Source: an uncultured virus (IMG/VR IMGVR_UViG_3300037067_020175) (lineage: Duplodnaviria; Heunggongvirae; Uroviricota; Caudoviricetes). Taken from it: a stretch of DNA of 20,000 nt. The position numbers were made by a program, and so were the translations under genes. The DNA lies in IMG/VR virus record IMGVR_UViG_3300037067_020175; one strand, given 5' to 3'. The notes beneath the pieces are model-generated. The model did not search any database. It was not told the DNA's origin and saw only the letters and a list, made by a program, of their open reading frames with translations. Below, piece by piece: positions 13,733-20,000 of this stretch (positions are counted from its first letter, which is position 1; each line of letters opens with the position of its first letter).

Positions 13733-14055
13733 TCCCTCTCTTTGATCAGTGCTGCAAGCAGGATCAGGTAGTTACGGGCATCGGAGATCCTCTGTGAGAA
13801 TCCTTCCTTTGACCCGGTTCCTCCCCACCCAAGCCGCGTTTCTTTTTTCATTGCAGATTTTGCAACAGCTTGTGTGTGTTTCATAAGGAATACCAGACAC
13901 ACTTCCTCAGGTGTTATACCGAGTTGGTTGGCTGTTATCTTAAAGTTGCTTAGGCAGTCTTCATCCGGTGCATACTCGCGTCTCTTAGACCCGATCAAAT
14001 TACATTCTGTATGTTCAAACTCCGTATAGAGTTTATCAAAGTCTTCCCGATTCAT
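13729..14055 (-). CDS. small all-alpha protein, DUF1599/MazG-like nucleotide-modification-associated
   Basis: KRREYA..EDCLSNF...FLMKH...RISDARNYLILL pattern, common in phages. Confidence 0.65.
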   Translation of the reverse strand: MNREDFDKLYTEFEHTECNLIGSKRREYAPDEDCLSNFKITANQLGITPEEVCLVFLMKHTQAVAKSAMKKETRLGWGGTGSKEGFSQRISDARNYLILLAALIKERE

Positions 14056-14058
14056 AGT

Positions 14059-14343
14059 TCACCCACAAAATTGTTTGCAGATATTATCACCATCATACTC
14101 GTGCATGATGAATTTCGCATTTTCTAAATTCGGTATCCACGATGAACAATATGTTCCATCCACGTTACACGGGCAGAATTTCACCGAGCAAGCAAAGAGA
14201 TACATTTTCCTTTCTTTATCCCAATATAATAACGGGATGAGATTGGAGGTGTTGGTCTTTTCGCGTGATCCTGCAACTTCCTCTCTGCATTTTCCGCAGA
14301 ACAAGTTGCCGGATTCTCTCCCACACTTGTCACAGAGTGTCAC
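14059..14343 (-). CDS. Cys-rich hypothetical protein
   Basis: CDKC..CGKC and CSVKFCPCN motifs; GTGA overlap. Confidence 0.65.
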   Translation of the reverse strand: MTLCDKCGRESGNLFCGKCREEVAGSREKTNTSNLIPLLYWDKERKMYLFACSVKFCPCNVDGTYCSSWIPNLENAKFIMHEYDGDNICKQFCG

Positions 14344-14720
14344 CGTTTCTCAACCCGAATCCCGATTTTTTCGTTCCCATATCCACCAGTCGTAGTAACT
14401 GTGTATCCCAACGGGGCAATGGTTCTGATTTTACTGACAAGATCTTTTATCTCGGTTTGGTTTTTGGCAAATTCACAGTTCCAGCACAATTTGCTGAACT
14501 TGCGGGACTCCCAGTCTGCCATTTTGATGTGCCTGTTACACCCACACCCTGAACATTTTACCAACACGTGCGCAGTATTGATTGAATCGATTTGTTTTTT
14601 CAGGAAATTCTCTCTTTTGGTTCGAGTTTCCAATAGTTTTCCCAAACGATTCTCCATCAGACCCCTGTATACCAGTGATCGCATTGCTTTTCTTTCCGAC
14701 ATTACTTTCAATCCACTCAT
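14340..14720 (-). CDS. hypothetical zinc-ribbon protein
   Basis: CSGC...CWNC; GGGAGG RBS. Confidence 0.65.
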   Translation of the reverse strand: MSGLKVMSERKAMRSLVYRGLMENRLGKLLETRTKRENFLKKQIDSINTAHVLVKCSGCGCNRHIKMADWESRKFSKLCWNCEFAKNQTEIKDLVSKIRTIAPLGYTVTTTGGYGNEKIGIRVEKR

Positions 14721-15012
14721 TGAATTCCTCCCTTCCAGTTACATTGAGTCCATCCCGCTCTTCCCAATCGCAGCAGAAACCATGCACAGTGAGGTTTCTA
14801 CAGACTTTTGCACATGTTTGGCAGATATGTCCGTCCGGATGTTTTCTGGCAAATAAAAGGCACTGGTACACCTCCATTGTGCCTTCACTTACAAACTGGT
14901 CTGCTGCCATGTAATGATACTTCCCGCCAGCATAGAACACACTGTGTATCATTGCAATTCCGAATGGGAATGGGTAGGTGTGATATACATCGCTCCCGCA
15001 GTTCAACATCAC
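14536..15012 (-). CDS. hypothetical Cys-containing protein (3' end overlaps the next gene by 185 nt)
   Basis: GGTGA RBS and GTGA overlap at the start; CQTC..C...FCCDW motif. Confidence 0.5.
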   Translation of the reverse strand: MMLNCGSDVYHTYPFPFGIAMIHSVFYAGGKYHYMAADQFVSEGTMEVYQCLLFARKHPDGHICQTCAKVCRNLTVHGFCCDWEERDGLNVTGREEFNEWIESNVGKKSNAITGIQGSDGESFGKTIGNSNQKREFPEKTNRFNQYCARVGKMFRVWV

Positions 15013-15416
15013 GGTGTGATCACCTTGTCACGAAGTCCCTTCAGATAATCGATTACAATGCCATTATACATCCACGAGTATGTAACCGCGTGGTTATAGG
15101 TGACACCTTCACCCTCTTTTACAACCTTTTCGTAGTGTTCAATCAGTTCTTGGAGTAATTTCAATCTCCCACGTTTCTCTCCGGATACGAATCCTTTGGT
15201 ATATGTTTTCACGAGTTGACCAGCGTAGTCCACTGTGCCCTCAGGCATATATGAACTACACATGTGGACACCAACTTGGGTAAGTGTGCAATTTTGTTTG
15301 CTATTCCAGTCTCTCGTCCAGTTGGTATCTTTGGATTTTGTAACTTCGAATGAAGTGCATTTTCCGTTCATATTCCAGTGACAGTCGTTCACCCCACCTT
15401 CATTTGCGCAGTTCAT
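15009..15416 (-). CDS. hypothetical protein
   Basis: ATGA overlap, GGTGA RBS, Cys-rich N-terminus. Confidence 0.65.
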   Translation of the reverse strand: MNCANEGGVNDCHWNMNGKCTSFEVTKSKDTNWTRDWNSKQNCTLTQVGVHMCSSYMPEGTVDYAGQLVKTYTKGFVSGEKRGRLKLLQELIEHYEKVVKEGEGVTYNHAVTYSWMYNGIVIDYLKGLRDKVITP

Positions 15417-15610
15417 GGACGTTCACCTTGTCTCCATACAATGTTTGCGATCTCCCAGTTTGGACGACCCCTACACGGGCACAACGTGGGCGCATGATCG
15501 CGAGTTGCATAGCATTCACATCCTTCTGGGAACGGGTCGTCGTCGATCAGGCTCGGACACTTTTTGCATACGAAATGTATGAAATCTCCGGGATTTTCCA
15601 CATCATCCAT
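15413..15610 (-). CDS. small Cys-rich protein
   Basis: CKKC...CEC...LCPC; overlaps both neighbours. Confidence 0.6.
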   Translation of the reverse strand: MDDVENPGDFIHFVCKKCPSLIDDDPFPEGCECYATRDHAPTLCPCRGRPNWEIANIVWRQGERP

Positions 15611-16493
15611 AACTACCCTCGTTGCAAGACCTTGCCCAAATCAGTAAGTCGTTTCCACTTTTCATAACACTTTCGTGAAATGTTTTACGAACCTGATTCG
15701 GTGTAGAATCGTCATCTCTGAACACCTTTGTTGTCTGCTCCGCAGAAAAATCGATTCTCTGGAATAGTTCCTCTGCCTTTTGTGTTACTCCTTCGAGACC
15801 GAGATCCATAGGGAGCGTTATTGCACCCTGAGATCGCCACTCAATCATCCCTTCTATCAGGTCGTCGTGGAAATACCCGTTGAGTCTCACAATATTAGAT
15901 TCAAATTTGCCGGTTTCCATCAGGTGAATACCCGCCATAAGTGGTCTGTAGATGTAGAACAGATCTTTCAGTGAGATATCCTCCGTGGATCTGTTTGCAA
16001 ATGACTTCTTCGACAGACGGTTCTGGAAATGCGAATATGCAATTCCACGGAAAGAGTTGCAGACCTTGTTGGTAAGGGCTTTATGCGCGAATTTAACGAG
16101 ATGTGGCATTACCGAATTCTCCGAAGCAATCGGTGTGGGATTCATAACGTGCTCATACTCGTTCGAATTGTTACTTATCAGGAGACCGATTGTCTTGCTG
16201 ATGTCGTTAACTGATATATCACAGATGAGATCCCGGATCGCAATCTTGTTCTCGTAAACGTTCCGCGCGCACCCAAGTCCGATTATACGGTTTAATGGGG
16301 CTATAAATGTCCCGCGCACATCGATGTCGGAATCTGGCTTTGCATATCCGCCAAGACGAGACCCGGATAACGTGAGATATACGACATCATTTTCGTATTC
16401 GTCTCCTCCCTCTACCATATCCACAAGGTCTCTCGATTCCCTTGCACTCAAAACCATATTATGGATCTCTCCAGATCCTGAGTATTTCATCAT
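15603..16493 (-). CDS. RlaP/YcgL-like Pol-beta-superfamily nucleotidyltransferase
   Basis: LSGSRLGGYAKPDSDIDVRGTF and C-terminal KDLFYIYRPLMAGIHLMETG. Confidence 0.8.
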   Translation of the reverse strand: MMKYSGSGEIHNMVLSARESRDLVDMVEGGDEYENDVVYLTLSGSRLGGYAKPDSDIDVRGTFIAPLNRIIGLGCARNVYENKIAIRDLICDISVNDISKTIGLLISNNSNEYEHVMNPTPIASENSVMPHLVKFAHKALTNKVCNSFRGIAYSHFQNRLSKKSFANRSTEDISLKDLFYIYRPLMAGIHLMETGKFESNIVRLNGYFHDDLIEGMIEWRSQGAITLPMDLGLEGVTQKAEELFQRIDFSAEQTTKVFRDDDSTPNQVRKTFHESVMKSGNDLLIWARSCNEGSYG

Positions 16494-16513
16494 TGTTCAA
16501 ACCTCTCTTGCAA

Positions 16514-16735
16514 TTAATCTGCGTTTTTCATCTTGATAAATTCTTTGTATGCGAGATATTTGTCTCCCATTTGTATGATCGGGGCTTCCATTATGAAACA
16601 CCCATTGAACCGCAGGTCGGTGATAGATTCTGCGTCATCCATTGACCTTACTGTATACACAATCTTCTGATTATCGAGCATTTCCTTCACATCTTCACAA
16701 TGTGGACAATTTGGTAATGTGAATACGGTTATCAT
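16514..16735 (-). CDS. glutaredoxin/NrdH-like protein
   Basis: VFTLPNCPHC, ESITDLRFNGCF, EAPIIQ (cis-Pro motif); ATGA overlap supports ATG 16735. Confidence 0.88.
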   Translation of the reverse strand: MITVFTLPNCPHCEDVKEMLDNQKIVYTVRSMDDAESITDLRFNGCFIMEAPIIQMGDKYLAYKEFIKMKNAD

Positions 16736-16938
16736 TTTATCATCGTTCTTTCCCATTCGATTCTCTCCACGAGGTGTCTACGATTCATTGTCAGCCATCT
16801 CAGCACGAATATCTGTTCGTTCTCATCGAGCTGTATCCCCGCAATCCCTGCAACTCTACTTGGTTTTGCTCCACGGATCAACATATCCGGCAAATTGCCA
16901 GTCTCGTGGTCTCTGAATTCTTCCACTATGATAGACAT
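16732..16938 (-). CDS. hypothetical protein
   Basis: Operon packing; GAGG RBS. Confidence 0.6.
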   Translation of the reverse strand: MSIIVEEFRDHETGNLPDMLIRGAKPSRVAGIAGIQLDENEQIFVLRWLTMNRRHLVERIEWERTMIK

Positions 16939-16941
16939 AAT

Positions 16942-17112
16942 TTATTTCCTCATTGAAATAATAGACCACACAGTTGACAAAATCCCAAGCAGAGTCGAAA
17001 TCGCTGCCGCTACAATACACCAGAATAAATCACTCGACATGAAAGCTGCAATCGCAAATATGAGAAATACGATTGCCACAATTAGAAGTGATCCGGAATA
17101 GTTTTTAATCAT
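16942..17112 (-). CDS. small membrane protein with two TM helices
   Basis: Two hydrophobic helices; AGGTGG RBS before ATG 17112. Confidence 0.65.
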   Translation of the reverse strand: MIKNYSGSLLIVAIVFLIFAIAAFMSSDLFWCIVAAAISTLLGILSTVWSIISMRK

Positions 17113-17120
17113 CGTTCCAC

Positions 17121-17456
17121 CTAAATCCACTTGTCGTTCGGATGCGATTCGAGATATAATGCTTTCTTTTCGGCATCCCTTTCTAATCCCATGCAGTAAG
17201 TTTCAACAAAATCCACACCAAGAATATCGCAAAGTTTTTTAGTTTGTACAAGTAAGTCGGAAATTTCACTTTGCGAATATACAACCCAACCTCTGTAGTC
17301 GAGTTGTGCAGATCCGTGCTTTCCATCAATCTGCGTGCTTGTCCTGATAATATGTGTGAAACAATCTGCAAGTCGCGTCATCTGACGTGTCATCATCATG
17401 TAATGAAACAGAAGGTTTTCGTCTCTGCGGCATTTTACAAATTGCAATTCTTCCAT
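17121..17456 (-). CDS. hypothetical helical protein, possibly a degenerate MazG-like fold
   Basis: EISDLLVQTKKLCDILGVDF resembles the MazG C-terminal ExxD helix; AGGTGA RBS before ATG 17456. Confidence 0.5.
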   Translation of the reverse strand: MEELQFVKCRRDENLLFHYMMMTRQMTRLADCFTHIIRTSTQIDGKHGSAQLDYRGWVVYSQSEISDLLVQTKKLCDILGVDFVETYCMGLERDAEKKALYLESHPNDKWI

Positions 17457-17489
17457 TCTTTTATCACCTGTGTCCAATTTTCTGGACAA

Positions 17490-17665
17490 ATCGGGGATGA
17501 GGTTTGACCCTCTCGTACGTAATCCCCGATCCGCGATTTCCGTTATTCCTCATCCATCTCCGCTCGGTCTTGGAGTACCGGTTATCAGAGTATTATCGCA
17601 GTGTTGAGCTGCGACCATCGCGGGAATACCCGTGTGAGGTGATGAGCCTCTACACTGGGTGATTT
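17490..17665 (-). ncRNA. putative structured intergenic RNA or leader
   Basis: Hairpin ACCC..GTGT.GAGG-CTCATCA-CCTC-ACAC-GGGT; junction closed by CCGCGAT/ATCGCGG containing TCGCAG-CTCAACA-CTGCGA; hairpin ATCGGGGAT/ATCCCCGAT. Confidence 0.55.
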
Positions 17666-17670
17666 CAAGA

Positions 17671-17985
17671 CTAAATCTTGAATGTTTTCTCGCCTATGGC
17701 AATGAATGGCTTCGCATCCTTGCGCATAGCCTTGATCTTTGCAACAACCGCTTCGTGCTTCTTCTGGTTCATCTCGTGAAGCCGGTTTCCAGCCTTCTCG
17801 ATTTCACCGAGTATTCTCTTGAATACCCCATTGCGATACTCTCCGTTAACACTGAGAGTAGTTCCATCAAAGAGCTTAATGGTCTTCCCTGATCGTGTCA
17901 GCCAGAACGAGGGTGCGGAATCCACATAGTTCTCGTCAAGCTTCTCCTTAGGAAGAACACCTCTGATGTTCAGCACACGAAACAT
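17671..17985 (-). CDS. hypothetical protein (start may lie upstream, near 18039)
   Basis: Open frame extends upstream to an AAGGAGG RBS at 18041-18047. Confidence 0.65.
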   Translation of the reverse strand: MFRVLNIRGVLPKEKLDENYVDSAPSFWLTRSGKTIKLFDGTTLSVNGEYRNGVFKRILGEIEKAGNRLHEMNQKKHEAVVAKIKAMRKDAKPFIAIGEKTFKI

Positions 17986-18154
17986 TCTGGCACCATTGCG
18001 TGTAAATTCAAGTGCCTTAACACGAATTGTCGTATTTATTCCTCCTTTTCTTACTATCTCTCCGCTGTCACAGAGAGAAACACAGGTGCCGAGGTTCGAC
18101 CCCCGATCTCACCTGCACCCACATAGAGTGGTATTATTATTTTTGATCGCGCAC

Positions 18155-18162
18155 TATATAAA
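18155..18162 (-). promoter_or_regulatory. TATA box (TTTATATA)
   Basis: Intergenic, upstream of a structured leader and a long minus-strand operon. Confidence 0.55.
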
Positions 18163-18173
18163 TGGCTTTGTTG

Positions 18174-18425
18174 TCAGAGCTTATTCTTCTCTGTTATAAG
18201 GATATTTCTGTAACCATTTATTATGGTGCGCGCGAGTCTGATTGTCTCCATATCGGCATCGGGATACTCGTTGCGAACAATAATCTGTGTCAACGCATGA
18301 GCGCATGCTTCGCCGATTGTCGCGTATTCAGATATAAGAGTGTTCTTCATCGATTCCGCATTGAACATCGTGTCGATATCATCTTGAATCTTCTGGAGTC
18401 TTGCCATTACTTCCACTGCTTCCAT
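18174..18425 (-). CDS. hypothetical protein
   Basis: AAGGAGG RBS before ATG. Confidence 0.7.
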   Translation of the reverse strand: MEAVEVMARLQKIQDDIDTMFNAESMKNTLISEYATIGEACAHALTQIIVRNEYPDADMETIRLARTIINGYRNILITEKNKL

Positions 18426-18705
18426 GTTCTGCCTCCTTTAAAATGTCACATACGGGTTTTCTATCACCGTATTTCCGCCCAATCCCAAATAGCAATCCTG
18501 AAAAGAACGTGAATACTATAAATGATCCAACGGAAAATACAATAGATCCAATAGCGGATTCATATCCGAACCCAACCACCATTCCAACCAAAAATGATAT
18601 GAGTGTCCCAGCCAATACTCCACCAGCAAACCACAGGCGTGTACTTGCAAGTTCTGCTTCATACCAGAGCACCATTTTGACGATAGAGATTATGGTTCTC
18701 TTCAT
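18379..18705 (-). CDS. membrane protein with two TM helices
   Basis: Two hydrophobic segments; ATGA overlap. Confidence 0.6.
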   Translation of the reverse strand: MKRTIISIVKMVLWYEAELASTRLWFAGGVLAGTLISFLVGMVVGFGYESAIGSIVFSVGSFIVFTFFSGLLFGIGRKYGDRKPVCDILKEAEHGSSGSNGKTPEDSR

Positions 18706-19382
18706 AATCGCTTATCCTTTGCCATATCACCATTCTTTATCTTTTTTCGAATTTTCTCCACGGTCTGGATATATTCGGGATGCTTTTGTTCGCAGGGTTT
18801 ACAACACGATAAAACATCTGTTATAAAGTTTTCAATCTGGTTGACCATATCGTCGTTGGTCATAATATCAGGGTCTGGGTCATTTACAGAAATACGATCC
18901 TTGCAGGATGTGCAATCGAAATTGTTTCTCATACACGTTTCGTAGTCCTGCACTTTGCATGTTTTTACCTTTTCGAGAATATCCCGAAATAGCTCGTCCT
19001 GCTGCACCTTCGAATAGTCATACCCGTGATTCCCATCGTTTGGAACGCGGAAATCGAAAGTTGGATCTTCCCTGAGAATGTCGAGGACTTCCTTGCACAT
19101 CGTTATCGATGGAAACGGATGTTCAGAATGCCGCACCATCTGATACACACGGAGTTCGGGGCATCCACAGATTGGGCATACAATACTATATATCCCGTCC
19201 TTAATGTTCATCCCGAATTCGTTAACTCCAAAATCGGAGTCGCATTCCACGCAGATGTATCCTGTTACGATAAACCGGTTCAGACCATCGTGTTCCGATT
19301 CGTGGTGTCCATTGCCATTACATTCCCCGCCGCACCCATCTCCATTGCAGCCGGTTCCCTCACATTTGTTTTCCTTGCACAT
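18702..19382 (-). CDS. Cys-rich zinc-ribbon protein
   Basis: CVEC...CPICGC, Cys/Gly/His-rich N-terminus, further CxxC pairs; GAGG RBS. Confidence 0.7.
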   Translation of the reverse strand: MCKENKCEGTGCNGDGCGGECNGNGHHESEHDGLNRFIVTGYICVECDSDFGVNEFGMNIKDGIYSIVCPICGCPELRVYQMVRHSEHPFPSITMCKEVLDILREDPTFDFRVPNDGNHGYDYSKVQQDELFRDILEKVKTCKVQDYETCMRNNFDCTSCKDRISVNDPDPDIMTNDDMVNQIENFITDVLSCCKPCEQKHPEYIQTVEKIRKKIKNGDMAKDKRL

Positions 19383-19393
19383 GTTTTTCCTCT

Positions 19394-19753
19394 TTATTTT
19401 TTCTGTAGTTCGTCACACGTTCTGAAACGTGTAACCGAAAGAACTTGCCCACGCACGTCTCGCTTAGCTCCATTCGCACCTTTGGTGTCGGGAGATATGA
19501 AGTCTGGTCTATCAAGAATCTGGCAAACCTGTGACGGTACAATGTACCACACGTCTGGTTGTGGATCTGGAATTATCTTGTCTTCCGGCTCGTAGTATAT
19601 TCGCTTCACGATCTGGTTTCCGTCGATGTTTCCAACTATTTTGTCTTCTACTTGCAGTCGGAATAGCCTCCCGTCGGGTGGATACTCGAAAGTAGATCCA
19701 TCTGCCCGTTCGACTCGTATCGGATGTGAGTTTAGGTTTATAATCTTTGTCAC
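19394..19753 (-). CDS. conserved phage-type hypothetical protein (IINLxxH...YIV...RxD...RDxxG pattern)
   Basis: Pattern recalled from uncharacterised phage proteins; GAGGTGA RBS before GTG; TATA at 19792-19799. Confidence 0.75.
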   Translation of the reverse strand: MTKIINLNSHPIRVERADGSTFEYPPDGRLFRLQVEDKIVGNIDGNQIVKRIYYEPEDKIIPDPQPDVWYIVPSQVCQILDRPDFISPDTKGANGAKRDVRGQVLSVTRFRTCDELQKK

Positions 19754-19840
19754 TATTCACCTCGTTCTTATATGCATTACTAACCGACAAAAATATAAAT
19801 AAGTATCGGTGCTTTGGGAGGTTAATATTCATCTTGGAGA

Positions 19841-20000
19841 TTAATCTTCTTCATCGTCGTCTTCGTCGTCTTCGTCGTCTTCGTCGTCTTCGTCGTCTTC
19901 GTCGTCTTCGTCGTCTTCGTCGTCTTCGTCGTCTTCGTCGTCTTCGTCGTCTTCGTCGTCTTCGTCGTCTTCGTCTTCCGCGTCGTCATCGGGTTCGTCC
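19841..20000 (-). CDS. 3' end of a protein with a poly-acidic tail (partial)
   Basis: Frame reads DEPDDDAED(EDD)13DEED-stop, with TAA at 19841-19843. Confidence 0.75.
   Translation of the reverse strand, partial: DEPDDDAEDEDDEDDEDDEDDEDDEDDEDDEDDEDDEDDEDDEDDEDDDEED
19856..19972. repeat. perfect 9-bp tandem repeat (GTCGTCTTC)x13
   Basis: 13 identical units, 117 nt. Confidence 0.95.

Noticed and set aside
14536..14720. Programmed frameshift explaining the 185-nt gene overlap
   Set aside because: No clear slippery heptamer; a lost stop codon or simple overlap is equally plausible.
17575..17625. Fluoride riboswitch (GCGATGG...CTGATAA) or hammerhead ribozyme
   Set aside because: The P1 loop is too short for the crcB pseudoknot, and the CUGAUGA and GAAA cores are not correctly present.
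19856..19972. Assigning the element as a Borg
   Set aside because: Only one such repeat occurs in 20 kb and no other Borg hallmark is visible; insufficient evidence.

Overview
Gene-dense window from what is most likely a large archaeal virus or other extrachromosomal element with a methanogen (Methanomicrobia-like) host. The evidence is TATA/BRE promoters, GGTGA/GAGGTGA ribosome-binding sites, bulge-helix-bulge (BHB) tRNA introns, an A1-U72 tRNA-Gln, a methanogen-type glutaredoxin and many short phage-like ORFs. It carries 17 minus-strand tRNA genes without encoded CCA, in two clusters (44-2987 and 8649-9391); three have introns, one of 161 nt. An ATP-dependent RNA ligase lies inside the first cluster, and several unexplained structured ncRNA-like elements sit between the tRNAs. 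Other content: HNH endonuclease, two metallophosphoesterases, two Pol-beta-type nucleotidyltransferases, nucleotide-metabolism genes, a papain-like peptidase, small membrane proteins and a (DDE)13 acidic tail. Most notable: (i) four tandem Lys/Arg-rich paralogs sharing a C-x26-C module that resembles an HMG-box/YABBY helix pair; (ii) an aberrant tRNA-Thr enclosing a large structured BHB intron; (iii) ncRNA elements displaying anticodon-loop-like hairpins; (iv) tRNAs with a co-varying A18/G55 elbow, and a tRNA-Cys with a long variable arm. All calls come from manual reading and manual folding; no searches were run.
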